Below the pieces are notes generated by a model. That model ran no database searches. It saw only the letters and a program-made list of their open reading frames with translations, and was not told where the DNA came from. A program made the position numbers and the translations under genes. A stretch of DNA of 64,000 bases, taken from positions 68,758,001 through 68,822,000 of the forward strand of contig OZ260664.1 in NCBI GenBank assembly GCA_965285935.1. The letters run 5' to 3'. The DNA is from Ophelia neglecta. Lineage: Eukaryota. Shown here one piece after another: positions 25,006 through 39,200 of the stretch (its first letter is position 1; each line of letters opens with the position of its first letter).

Positions 25006-28000
25006 AGGAGTGGTTTGGACAGGGTCTTTTGATGCTCCGACCAAACCTCGAAAATAACTGTTTATATAGGTGTGACCCCAAAAGACCCAAATCAGACTAT
25101 GGTCTATCTTACATGGGCATTTGTAACAAAAAAATCTCCGAAGTATATTAAAAGATTACATCACATCAAACTGACATGAGCGGTCTAAAACAATAACCCT
25201 CTTTATTTTTTATTTCTTTTGATAAACTTTCCGATTCTGAGACATTATGATTGCATTTCTGTAAAATCGGACTGTTATCGCGAAAAGATATTTGATGTAT
25301 TCTTAACATTTGAACGGAAATTATTTGGGAGGAGATTTAGAATCAATTTTATGGTCAAAGATGATTGCCACTGTCGCCTGGCCCGCCTTATCATCGCCCT
25401 TTAAGACGAGAGAGTCCGGAAGTCCAATATAATACATCTTAAAGAGGGTTACAAGCAATAACATGAGGTGCAATGCAAGCCTGATATCAGTTCCTAAGAT
25501 AATCCCTGTCACTTTATCTCTACTGCGTGGTATCCTTTTAAGACAATGCCAATTTTTATGGTAATAGAATCAATATCATCTGATTTGCTACTATAAACCA
25601 CAATGATTTGATACCTTCTTGTTCATGAATCATTCATATAGCCGATACTCGAGGGAAAGCAACACGTGGTCTGGGTCCCCCAAGCACCGTCATGAACATG
25701 CACGGGTTACCTAGAATATGGAAAGTGGCCATTATGTTGAGTTTCCATCTTATGGAGTGCCTCCTCGTACATGCTCTGGTCTGGTTTCATGACTCGATTC
25801 ATGCCAACCTGTTTGCTATGCATGCCATGCTCTCAAACCGCGCGCTGTAGTCTTCAAGTTGCTATCCTCTCGCTGGCAGACTAAAGGAACGCCTCTGAAG
25901 GCGGAATGTCGTCTGCTTGAATTACCACATGTACCACAGTGAAGCCTACTCTTACTTATATCAAAAATAGAATTAACGATTAATATAATAAATGAGGAGG
26001 AACCTGCAGTAGTAACCGATTTTTCACGACATCACAAATAACCAGATAGAATTCTCATTGGCGTGGAACACCAAATTTATATAGTCATAATGTTTCTTAA
26101 ACCGACACGCAGCAATATACAATTTCACTTATCTGTATTGATCTATATATTCGTGTACATTGTTCCATTTGAATGTAAACGTATTGTACATAGGCCCATA
26201 TTGTTACATAAATAATTTGCCCCGGGGAAATATCAACACTGTAAAGCATATTGTGTACTCTCATTGCTCTTAGACTAAAAGCTGGAAGTCGACCCGAAAT
26301 CCAGTGTTTGCGTCACACCAAAAACACTTGTTCCGGCGCCACTGCTCCAGACAGTCAATCTAATGATCCTGATGACTTTTTAAATTCCATCTCTAGCCTC
26401 TTTCCGACAAGGACCATGACTTTTCGATAAATTCTGGAAAAGGAGATTTATCTGATTGCATTTCTGGCTTCTTCGATAAGAATGATCGATCTGGAGAATA
26501 TTTTTAGGCATGAATTGCTGCGGGATGACAATACCTAACTAGTTGTCTTCTCCAAACATCCCACGAATCAGAGTGCCCATATACCAAGAGTGGTCCTTGG
26601 TGAATTCTTCATGGGAAATCACTAGCTTAAACAAATAAAAAACGAAAAAAAATCTTTTTCAAGCCATCTTCTTCGGTTGGAATAGGCCTAATGGAACGAT
26701 TTTATGATTTAAAAGACCCTCACAAGGAATATAATCGTTGATCGATCGGCTCGGAAGACACCGTGTACACCGATTCCGACAACGACTCCGATAACGACAG
26801 CCCGGCTGTAAGGCAAAATAGACCAATAGCTCATCGGTATATATTCATTTCCAAAGAAAAAACTTTATCCATCTATCTCTTTGCAAACTTTATTTTTTTT
26901 GTATATAGCCCAAACCAATTTCAGTAACATATTTGCATTCCTCTTCTACACATACCTAAGGTTATTATTCACACTACGTGAAATTAAGTGGCCCTAGAAC
27001 TTTTCCAAGCCAAATGCAGGGACGGAATCTTTTTTCTTTTATTCATGATAGATATATTTACTCTTATATAGGATCGATGGAGGATCTAAGATCCTGTGGA
27101 AGAGAAAGAGGGTCTCTGGCGAGGTTATTGGAAAGAAGAAAGAGGGAGGAGTATCCCCACGCATACACCCCTCGCCGAGCCCAAGCAAAGAGTGGCAGAA
27201 AATAAGAGATTTTCATATACATGTATTAGTTCTTTTGATAGTGATAATATATGTCAAATGACACGAAAAATATAGTCATAGCCTGCGTCTCAAATCTTAT
27301 AAACTAGGTAATATATTAAAGATGAACATACGAGCATGTTATCAAAGAATCAGTACAAACTCTAGACTCACATTGATCAACCATTAACAATGTCAATATT
27401 AAACCAACCAAGCATAATGATTTCTCCGGAAAAATTCTATTCCCTCGGGTTTCCTTTTAATTAAACCGATTTGTTTGCGCTCAGCTTGATAGAATGTCTT
27501 ATCTTAACTTGAGTTGTGTTTTTACCCCTTATCGCGCGTGCGCCACCTGTTATTGAGTTGTTAAACATGAAAGCTATTGCCAGTCTAAAAAAGTCTGCAA
27601 ACGAAAATAAAGTGGCTCTTTGATTTAATTAACTCTGCTCTTTGACATTGAAACCCCACTTAAACAGAGGGAGCCTAGTGTGTCAATCTAAAATGACCTG
27701 GTTGCTATGGAAGTCAGCTTAAACCTTGTTTGGTACGTGATCATAAAAGGATTTTTTTATCTCTAGCAGGCACACACAGGGGGGGGGGGGGGGGTACTCT
27801 ATTCGCCTGTACTGCCAAACTGACAAATTTACGTTTCTGTACTGCCTTGAAAGGAGAAAATCTTATAATCATGATATATCTAAAAAGAAAAATATATTGC
27901 TTTTGGTTCTTTATCATGGTGTCGATTTTCAACATAACAATGACCACTCCCAGAATAATGTCGCATTACAACTCAGGAAGGTAAAATACTTATGTCATCT

Positions 28001-31000
28001 AATACAATAATTAATTGCTGCACTATAACAAACAACATACGACCAAAAATTATGTTAACTATGAGAATCAGTTGTCTTTTTTAAAGCCACTTCCGCTATC
28101 GCCTCACTTGATGTTTCTGACCCAAATCCGTTCTATATAAGCCCCCCAAAATCGCCTATAATTTGATTTGTTGCAACCAGCTGCCAGCGTTCAATACTTG
28201 GGCCAATAATTGACCCCCTTTTTCACGTCTTCTAAAGTTTGTACCAACCTGGCGTGATGCTGGATTATTTCTATCAACGATGGTATCAGACTCAGGGTTT
28301 AACCGCTAAAAGGGCGAACCACGAACCTCATGAGATTTACAGCAGTCGTATACAAGACTTTTACCTTCCCTGCAGCCTGCCAATTTCAGCTGATTCCCTC
28401 TAGTATATCTAGGCATTTTTGTTTTTTAAGCGCACTCTTGGTTTTTAACTTGTCCAAATTCAATAATGAAAACCAGTGTACTAAAGCTGGGACCCAGCTC
28501 CTCACTTATCAAACAATAGAATTATAGAGAGTTCTTAAAAGAGTGGCGGGCGCTTTTAGTAAGTTTTTTATGGCCAATCGATTGCCTTGCCATATATAAA
28601 AATTTTATTTGTCATAGCCTCTCCTTTGTGAAGACTCCTTCTACTTTTGAGGTCCAACAAAAGATTTGATTTCCCGCAATGATATTGGATTGCCTCTGAA
28701 TGAGTTATCAAATGGACAAGCTCTCCTGACAGATATGAGTAAAGGGGTACTAAACAGTGTTCATCTGTCCCCTTATACCGGAATCGTCTGCCAGCTACAA
28801 GGCCAACTCATAGAATGTATTGTCGGAGTACTCCGAGGGAAACACGACCTCCAACAAAACCTTCATTACTCCGATATAAAGAGCTATTTATCTCCTCTAA
28901 TCTTCACCTTACGATGACAGGTTGGTCATCATTTTGTTGCGTACCTTGACATGAGAGAACTGCCTATGAGCAACTTAGAAGAAAATGTCAACAAGGACAG
29001 TATTCATATATGAGAAAGCTGTGTTCAAGAAAACATGTATGTAGGCTTGAATACAAAAAGAAATTTATATACATTCTTAATACGGCGGATTTTTTATTTT
29101 CCTGGAGAGAAATTCTGTAACTTTAAAATCGAGCCTTTACCACAATAGCGGTCTATGTAAAGGTGTTTCGGCAGACATAATAGCTCGAAGTTAAGATGTG
29201 GCCTGTGTTGTACGTTTACAAGACACGTACTACAGTGTTTACACAGGCTGGCCCCATCTGCACACAGCTAATCTTATTTCGTGTTACGTCAAAATCAGTC
29301 GAAGCGCCCATATATTGCGGCTTTCTGTCCAAGTCGGTGCATCGGGTCCCTAATAAACAATAATCACCATAGACATCGACACCCTTTCTGAATAGTATTG
29401 AACTTCCCAGCTTTTGCTAAAAACTAGTTCTCATTTAAATTGCTTTTGTTTGAGATGGACGTTCGGTTTGAGTTCATGAATAATCATTTCTTCCATCAAG
29501 TGCTTACCGTATTTCCTTCAAAGCAATCTCCTAATGTTAAAGCGAATAAAGGACGCAGGCTAGCGGTGAATTCCGTGTTTTGTTATCTGTATTCGGGTGT
29601 TGCCCATTTGCCGCCATCAATCATAGTTCACTGAAGAGCATTTAACCGTAAATAATGGAGGCCAGTCCTGCCGGACGTGACCCACTTTCTAGAATTACCT
29701 GCGTCAGCGTGATGCGCATAAATTTCCATCTGTACGACGACCTTTTGCTCTGATGTAGTAATACAGTAAAAAGGCGGTCAGTGATCAGGTCTTACATACT
29801 CAGAAATATAAATTAAAGTATCGGTTATATAAGGCATATTTATCGAATTATGCCCGGGACGCAAACGAACGAAATTTGAATCATAAGAAATGGCTGAATG
29901 AAGAAGTTCCATTTCCAATTTTAGTAAGTTTTATTAAAACAATTACCCGTCTTGAGAGAAGTTCTCCTAAAAAGAGAGAACCAAATGTTTCTCATTCGAG
30001 ATGGTCTTATCGCTTACGCTGCAGGGCACATTTGATCTCGTCAAGACACATTTTAAGGCAAACTGGTTGGATAATAAGATTTGCCAGTATAGCTTCCTGG
30101 GCTAAAGATGCTGCTGATGACTCCCAAGGCTGGGAACTACGTCTGGGATTCTTATCGGAGGCCGTCTGCCTAGACGGAATGGCGCCTCTGTGAAGAGGAC
30201 TTCTCACGCAATGGGCATCAATTCATCCGCCAAAGAGTTCTCTTTAACGTGCAGAGCTTCAAGGCCGCGTGCCAGGAATTCCGCTAGGAATCTTCTAGAC
30301 AGGCAGAAACAACACATATTCCTTTTACAGCAACGTAGGAAATGTAAAAGGAAACATCAGAAGACGATTCACTTAAGACACAAACCATTACTAGACAATA
30401 CTACGAATTGTCCAATATTGGTTTCCATGGTCACCGTGGTGACTTAATTGACAACCGTGTCTGACTTTTACTTCCAAGTGATTTGCTCGTTTTATTCTAA
30501 GCAGGTATTAGTAGGCCAGTAAATCACAACTAATTAACCTATACTGGCTTTGTTCGGATCCAATTCCCGGTCTAATTAAAGGGTAGGAGTTATTTGTCTT
30601 TCATTAACGCCTTCAAATAACAGTATTCATGGAAAGACCGAGAACCTAATTCACTTCGAAAACGACATACGCCTCGTTATGCAAAGGTATAAAATATCTT
30701 TCATTAGATAGCAGTATATCAAATAGTGAACGAAAAACTGGTCTATCTGCTGTAACTTAAAAATTAGACACACACATAACCATTTATTAGCGTCAGCCCA
30801 CGAAATTTCCGTGAACCGATTGCGTTGCTTAGCATCATAAACTCAAAGTTATCTTTTATTCTAAAATGGACAGCCTTATAAAAATAAGTACTGATCCTCA
30901 AAGTTTTCTTTACTTGATGGTCTTTTAACAAATATCAACAAAAATATGGGCTTAATGTTACATCTCACTCTAGGTAAACCCGCCTCGGTCACGTGAGTAT

Positions 31001-32842
31001 TTGACCAGTGCAACCGGGCTGATTCAACAGGTAAATAAAATCACAGAGTTGGTGAATTAATTCCGCCATTAATTTACATCTTGGCGTTATCTATTGGTTG
31101 GGAGATCAATCACTGTCAATTACCTGCTTGATAATAGCCGCACCGACTACAATACGTGATTATTCTTAATATCTGCCACCTGGTGAAAGATGATAGGGTA
31201 GTGACCATTTACGTTTCTTAACCTGACATCTGTTGGCAAAGATATACATGAAATTGTACCAAAATAAGCCCCTTATTAAAATAGATTTTTGGCGCTAAAA
31301 CGACTCTACAGATATACCACTCTCGGTTTGCGGCGCACATTGACAGTGGCTTAAAGCGGTCCAATCTGGAGCAGGCCAGCCTGGAGAAGAGCACAAGAAT
31401 AGCAGTTTTTACTTGGGAATATGCGCTTGTCAATCGCATCGCTAATCGCATTTAATCTTTTGAAAATGCAATATTGGAGACCGTGGGGAGCAAATTGAAG
31501 GCCATAAGAGGAGAATAGGGCATACAATGACGTTAAGGCTTAAAAATCTCGTCAACGGGAGTCTAGACACAGGACGGGATGTTGCTCGGAAAGTGCACTG
31601 TAAGTTGTTCATCGGATGAAGCAGTGTCATAGCTCTTTTCATGATTCCTTCCACATACTTACTCAATTTCCGCCAACTAACAAAAAGTTCCACATTCAAA
31701 GATTCGTGCGTGTTAAGACTTGGAGAGACCCGGACAACTCAGCTGTATGCTATGTCTGTTAGGTCGGATGCAAAGGGGAAACAGAGAAAGGGAAAAGGTG
31801 CCTTTCACAATGTTTTCAATGACATTTGCTGTCTCTTTTAATCCTCGCTGAAACCTCTAAACCGGAAGAAAGATATAGGCTTATTCCTCAGCAGTTTAAA
31901 CTAATAAAGTATAGGAGCCTCTTTCCCCGGTCTGTTGGTCGTTGAAAGTTCCATAGGGTCAATTGATTGTAATAGAAAAATAATGATGCGGTCGGAGGTC
32001 AGCTCTATTTGAGATCAATAACTGACCAGTCTTTACCATTGTCTGACCCCAAGTTATACTTATGGCCGTCTCGGCCGTTTTTCCTATTAGTCCCGCCTCA
32101 CTTCTCACTTCAGACAAGTGAGATGGCCTGATAAGGAGTACCGACATTTTTCAACCTCAATTGGCGAACTTGTCTTTAAGTACAGGAACGTGCTGCTCCA
32201 CGTGGCCACATCAGCCAAACGTATACATGTAGAACAAGTAAGATTTCTAATTAAAAATAAATCCAAATACACGAATAATATATTATACCATAAACTCGTT
32301 CAGTTTCATCGAAAATATATAGTTTGTTAACAACATGAAGGTCGTGCATACTTGAATTTTAATATCCTATAAGATAAATAAAACATGTTCTTTTTTAATT
32401 AGATTATTAACATATAAAATGTGTGAAGAAATGGCAACATCCATACTAACACAGTATCATCCATAGAAAACGTTTCATGGGACTTAAGGCCTATTTGGAA
32501 TTTATTTATGTGTGTTCCGGCAGGTTATTTCGCGCCGTGAATCTAAGCACGGTACTAGCCGTTTTGTTTTGAATAATGGAAGGGAATTCTGCCGGGCGTG
32601 CCCTCCATCCAGGGATTATTCGCCTATGTGTGCTATGAATATAGAGCATTCCCTTTTGGGGGCTCTCGGCTCCCAGCATTGAGCAAGACCGAAAGAAACA
32701 AACTCGGCCTGTTATGCCATCTGCACGTAAGAGAACAATGGTCCTAAACTATCCCATCTATTTAAACAAACAATCAATAATATTTGTCGACCCATGTTGT
32801 TTTCAATAAACACATAGATCAACCATTTCCTGCTACACCTAC

Positions 32843-33005
32843 CTTCCTATTGTGTCGGTTATATCTTTGTCGTCTGGTCCGATCCACCGGATATCCGGTT
32901 TGCCCTCTAGTGGCGAGTATTCCACAATGGTACACGTGAATATGATCCCGGACTCGACTGTTTTGATCTGTGTTCCTTGGGGGGTGATGACAGCATGCTG
33001 GCAGT
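32843..33005 (-). CDS. Coding exon: N-terminal half of the first Ig domain of an NCAM/Fasciclin-2-like adhesion molecule
   Basis: 163-bp exon with acceptor CATTTACTTGTTGTAG| and donor AAG|GTAGGT, phase 1 in and phase 2 out. It reads (N)CQHAVITPQGTQIKTVESGIIFTCTIVEYSPLEGKPDIRWIGPDDKDITDTIG(R), with the Ig B-strand Cys and C-strand Trp. The P..Q.K...FTC pattern and split-Ig exon structure resemble Fas2/NCAM Ig1. Confidence 0.85.
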
Positions 33006-34849
33006 CTACAACAAGTAAATGATGACATTTAGTCTTCAAAAAAAAAAAAATATATATATTTCGTTCAGGAAAAGGCAAATAATCCTTTAAAAATGACAGG
33101 CCTTTTTTCTAAGTTTCTTCGAAAATATAAGTAAACTAAACTAAACAGTAAATATGTGTCTCAAGCGAGAAAGCTGCTATCACAGCATAATAGTTAGAAT
33201 TTTTAAAGTGAAAAATTGTAGCGACCTGATTTCATACTGCTTCGTTAGTATCAGTAAGAAGGTGTTATTCCAAACGAGTGCCGTATTTTTTATCTTTCAA
33301 AGCCGTTCTTGATGGGGCCGAAGTAGGTAGGTTCAATGATTTTTTGCAGTGTGACTTTCCATTTGAATGCTCTCATGCGAGGGATATTTGATATTAGCTT
33401 TACATTACTAGTATTGACGACTATTTGAATGGTGTGCAAATTCCGAGCATCAACCCGAGACAACATGCCAATCACGATCAACAGGCCGAAATGGATTCTC
33501 AGTGTTGGCATTACGCTCTGGACTCGGATCGATATTGGACGTGTACACGGCTCCGACTGGTAGAGAAATGTAGCTAGACCCGATACAATCCGCACTCCAC
33601 AACAGTAGTCATCGGCTTTCGGCTCATTGTCTGGTTTTGGACATTATATTGGTTTACACAAGCCTCTGGTGAGCTATCCATTACACCGGAAGCTGTTTCA
33701 AAGATGATAGTATTCGATTTCTTTATCTTGAAGCGCGTTTATCACATTTTGTGTGTAGCAAGTTGGCTCAGTTGATCATATCTGGGGAGCGTCTATGGTA
33801 ACTGCCCGGATGATCTATGCGCGGTCAGGGCCCGTATGTCATTAAGTATTATTTGTAAGGCAGAAATAAGATTGAGGGTCACAAATTGTTATAAACGGCG
33901 CTGACAAATGGCACTTCAGAAGCTCGGCGCATGCGATTTACCGGATAATAATATCAGCGGTACCTATATCAATTTTTAAGCTCTAGAATAATGCCAGAAA
34001 AGAATAAGAATTGTAAACAGGTGATTGCCACTTAAACAAAAATAGTGTGCAATAAAAACATTTTTTCAAACATATTCAAATTAAGGTCTAAACCCTTTGT
34101 TCTTGCATACTTAGTCTCCACTCACGGACGTCTGGTTTTATCATCGCTTTGATATCTAAGTATTAAACCCATAGAATCCCTGGATGCTTCCATCTGATAA
34201 GGTAATTATATTATTATGGATATTGGCTTAAAGTCGGGACACACGGGACACAGTGATAGGGGTACTGTTATTGTAAACCATCCCCAGTCACACCCCTACT
34301 GTATAATACCACAACAATGAATAATGATGACTGTGATTTTAAGTTATATCCATCAGTCTGTCGACATTTTCCAAGCCACGTCTCATCATTACGCATGAGT
34401 GTTTCCTTTAATAGGCAAGGAGGGTTTATTTGCCATGTAAGATCTCGCGAGACTTCCATCACATGTGTAACTGTCTTTTTTATGAATTGGCTTATATCGC
34501 TATAGTTTTACTGGTATAGACAGAAGAGTGAATTTTAGGCGTGTTTTCGAGATATAATTGGCTGATGAGTCGCCTATTGCGAGTTATAAGACAGACTTTT
34601 CTACCATGTTGTTACAACGCAGTCCTTCGCTAGATGACCTGCTTCCGCTATTCACAAATCCACACTTCCGCATGCGCGCGCACATGGCGTGACATTTTAA
34701 GCCTCAATTGCCAATGGTAATGCACGTCGAGTCGCATCTATGACAGAGCTGTCAGATGCGGCCAACCCTCATGAAACTGGTATTAGTAGTTCCGCGTCGT
34801 ATCACTCCGAATATATTGTTTTATTGTATTTTCTAGCTTTTGGAGAAGC

Positions 34850-35570
34850 AACACATTCGGCAGGGACTGTTCCTCGCACTTAATTTTGTTGGGTTGCACT
34901 TTAGTTTATTTATGTCTGTCAGATTCAAACAGATTCAGTAGGGATCATTAATTGCCTTCTAATCAGTGCAGTGGCCCTCCAAGGGGCCGTCTAGAATGGG
35001 GCCCATCTTCTACCAATTAGAAATCATCACACTTCAAATTATCTAGATGGCATTACTCAATGTTGACTCAAACGGGTGATGTAACTGATAAAAGATGGGA
35101 AATTGGAAGTATCTCCCTCGGCTGGAGACAAAATGAAATAGTAATTTTATCATGAATGATGGATTTGCACCAGTCAAGGAGAACGATCGGCTTTCAGATT
35201 TTTGAAATGAATAATGGTTATTTTAGATTGACAAATCACATTCCGAGACCGAGCCTTATAAGGCGCACTCGGTGAGCAGGAATCGACCTTATATCGTTTT
35301 CCATCGCTTTAACAAAACTCATCCGTTACTGAACGGATGTGAAACCATTCCAATGCAAAAATCGCACTGGCATTTCCGATTTAGCAAAACTCTGCTGTGT
35401 AAAAAGTCCAATGGAACTTCAAGGAGTAAGCGGCACATCTTGGCAGGCGGAAACTCGTTACACGGATCTCAAGCTTTTCGAGAACGTCTATGGCTCACTG
35501 ATTGTTGCATTTGCAAATTGCATTCCAAGGGAATGGCGCTGTTTGTCTCTTTTTGCCAGTCTATAATACG
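34850..35570 (+). mobile_element. hAT (DUF4371/ZMYM-type) transposase fossil
   Basis: Colinear RQGL (34858), NFVGL, QLEII, HYSMLTQTGDV..K (35051), YIVFHRFN..GCETIP and LQGVSGTSW..RYTDLKLF..VY (35417-35491). Compare consensus RQGLALRG, NF..L, QNEII, YS..DET.D, HC.AH.LNL and L..LS.TRW. Confidence 0.5.
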
Positions 35571-36389
35571 AACTGCATGGAAATGACAAAAATGTACAAT
35601 GGTGTATACGATAAACGACAGCCATATCAGAGTATTTTATACTACTATGGTATCTTATGTAGGCATCAGTGCGGGCCGATATCAATCACCAGCTGCCGGT
35701 AATCTATCATGTCCACCGAGCCCAGATCTGCCTGCAGACAACGGTGTCCACCGACCCCGAGGAGTGCCTGGCGATGAGTCATAGGCCTAGTCCTCAGCCA
35801 GGGCTGATCCTTCTATAAACACTTGGACGAGTCTCAATAAACCTCTACTCGATCATAATACCCATCGTACAACACAATCCCTTGCCAAATTCGCTTATGC
35901 GACAATATTCTAATTTACAAAGAGTCCAAATAAAAATAAAAAAAAATTTAATGCATAAAAGACGAAACGCTTTTGGTATAAAACCTTTTTTCAGACATAT
36001 ATAGTCTGGCTAGCAATGTTGTACAGACCCTGCCATGAATGCTGAAGCCAGGATTCACCGACTGACCGTTTCCGGGCCTTGCATAAAGACCTATAGCAGA
36101 ATACCCAGTTTCCTGCCAGCTTGGCATGCGACCATGCTTGTACGTCCGGTTGAATGTTGCTAATTAGTACATCAAAGCTTTAGGTCTGAGGCCTTGATCA
36201 GAGATCATACAGGTGACACAGCCAGCAGGATGGTCAAGGTATGACCGGACCATGACCTATGTCATAACTCACTGGGTGTGGCCGATCTCATCTCAATGTT
36301 AATCCGTACAATAGATCGCATTTAACAACCTGAAGTCCAGATATTGCATGTTAGCTAGTCTTGAGAGGATGTAGACAGACTCTCCCCTA

Positions 36390-39200
36390 TTCTCAATAGT
36401 AGAAAAGAACGTTTTCGATAAGCCGACGGTATTTTATCAGCCTGTATTGGCTATTAACAAAAATAAAGATAAGGGTGAATGGATCGATACTCGACGGACA
36501 AAACAAAGTTAAACCAGTTATCAAGAATAATCTATCGGAAAAACCAAATAGATTCCAGGAACCATCAACAGCGGGCCTACCAACATCAACCCCCAAAGGA
36601 CAAATGATGGAGGGGGGGGGGGCAAGGGGGTTTAAATCCTCTTGACTCATTGGATATACCTACTTTGTTTTTTGCAGAGCTGCTTGAGCATCATTTTAAC
36701 CTGTAACAATGAAAGTCAGCAGTATGTTCAATACAAGGGCATAAAAGTTGTAACTGGAGTACAACCGGAATTCCTATTCCTGCGTAGGGCCAAATGAAGA
36801 CTATAATATTTTGACTGTCTTCTTTCTTATCCGGGCTCATTGCTCGAGGGCGTCTTGCCCTCGGACAAACTCTCCTCCCGCACTGCCCCTAGTATGACAG
36901 CTTTGATGGATAGGTGTCATTACACCAACTCATGTACCGCTGCCTGATGATATGGATGAATAATTAAGAGTGGACGGCAGACTCTCCTATAGCAATCAAA
37001 TGATGACCTCCGAGCATGCAGGGCGGACATCAGTCCCCAGCAATGCCGTTTGTGTGCTGCATGGCTGTATTCAAGCCGGCTAATTATTTCCATAATGTTT
37101 TGTACCGCGCCTAAAGTAAATTGTGATGATGGACATTAGCTCAACAACGAACAAACTAGCGTACTTATTGGTGCCCGTTCTGAAGGCTGATTAGTGCGGT
37201 GTGTTTTTGGGCAATCCCCCAGATCGAAACACAATACCTGCATCTACATCCGAACTGACTCCAAACTGGGATCACTGAATAACAAAGGGAGGCTTTCATT
37301 GCAGAAATGACCTTTGCTGTGGATAAACATAGTAGGGTGCTCCGAAGTAGGTTTAAAATTTCATCCATTTCGAAAAAACACCCATGTAGAGTAACCATGA
37401 ATGTGTTCGTCTGGAAGTGAGCGCATTATACGATCCCAATGGACTTTTTTTTCCGAGGGGTGCTTCGTTGAATAACGCTGAATAATAATGGTAATTGGCG
37501 GTAATAGGAGCGTGAGTAATCTCAACAGATAGGCTTCTGTTTCGGAGACAGAAATGTTTTATGCAATTTAGGCCACAAATGGCGCAGAGGTCGTCGTCAG
37601 ATATCACCGACATGTGATGAATATTTCATACCTGGAAGTGTTAAGCGCTAATTTGCAGCAGTCTCAAATGGGTTTTAGAACGGAGCACGTGACCTGCAGG
37701 TCAATTGAACACGTGCTCCTGGGATATTACTACGTATATACTTGAGACAAGTGACCAGTCCACCCAGACAGCAGTTCAATACTGTTAATTTCAGTCTGAC
37801 AGCTGGGAGGCCACTTGGGATTGATTCATTGTAAGTTTGTCAATGTTACATCAAGGAAAATATAAAATTTTCTAAGCGGGCCGATGGGTAATGGACCTTT
37901 GGGAAGGACGCTGGGAAGAAATATCCATTTTGAAGCCCAAAAGCAATTGCAGCATTCTTATCAGATAAATACCTCATAATTTTGAAACCAGAAATAACTT
38001 TTTCTTGTAACGATTCCTCGATGTATAGCCCTATATGCGTAACCAAAATAACTAGTACATTGGACTTTTCCCTTTGCAGAACTGGGGTGATATCCCTATC
38101 ATCCAAAGAATTTGGTCCTGAAGGTGAGGGAAAGAGGTCACATGGGGTAGTAAGCCACGTTTCTACCTAAAATATGAAGAAAATAACAAAGAGGGCCATT
38201 CTTGTGCTGAAATTGAGTGACTCGTCGCAATTTAAATGTAGACTGTGATATTTATATAGTTATATAGACGGGAAGAAATATGGAAAGTAAATTCGATTCA
38301 AACAGCGTGAGTTTAGACAGCGCCACAGATTCTTTCCGCCTAGTGTGGGAGCCGTAAGATCTATTGTACCAAACGAGATTAGCGCCATGCCGCTTGCAGG
38401 CGTCTGGTTTTCAAATTCCATGACACTGGAGGAACAAAAAGGACAGAAGCCAGAGGCTCACTCTCCCGAAATACGATTATTTTCCCGGAGGACATGCAAG
38501 CTGTCATGTCGGACTGTGTTCTTTGTCAGTCAGAAGGGGGGAGAACACCGCCTAATCTGGATGAATAAAGTGAGCAGACGACATTCTGAGCCATGAACAA
38601 ATAACTATAGTATATCTATGTAGCCTATTTGCGCTGGCATACTAGGACGACGGAAGGTTTTACCTAAGAAATCAGAACATAAATGCTTTGAAAATATCTG
38701 GTCCGATGTTTGTTAGCGTTAATATTGAAGGGAAATGTGTGGGCATGGCATTAAATTTGCATGGGACAACCACGACACATTTATGACGACAAGATCCTCT
38801 TTAGACCCTCCTTCATCTAAAGAAAGAAATCTTAAACCAGGCTTCCTGTCCAGATCCACAGGATCCGCTCTCGGCCACCCCACCCCTCCCCAGTCATATT
38901 CTGGACTAGCAACGCTGTCCGCAGCCAGACTTCCAAATTGAATTACATCGTCTGGCCACTGTCCTTCGAATCCATTGGATTCTACTCAACCAGCAATTAC
39001 GGCGCGAAAGAAACTTTCATCTGTGTCACCGCAATCGCATTATTCGCACACTTTTCTGAATTCCGAGCTAATAATGAGATTTCCTGCCTTCGCGTTACAG
39101 ACTTGTACAGGTCTAACCCGTACCACGAATAGAGCTACCCAACAAATCGATGAATTCACTATTTTACCGAAAACGTTTAGCCATTTGCAACACAATCCAA
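36390..39200 (-). mobile_element. Ancient CR1/L2-type LINE fossil (ORF1, endonuclease and RT remnants)
   Basis: Colinear on the minus strand: WPDDV (38958, ORF1-like), VETWL (38166) and GLYIEESL, ISDDDL (37604, SDH-like), LFNEAPL..SWL, EILNLLR, TLNYSSISSG..VMTPI, and SSIDPFTLIFIFVN (about 36490, GSILGPLLF.IF.ND-like). Confidence 0.55.

Noticed and set aside
33290-33880. Possible further integrase fossil (DAPQI*STE, RCNG, LATFL)
   Set aside because: Motif matches are too weak to separate from chance.
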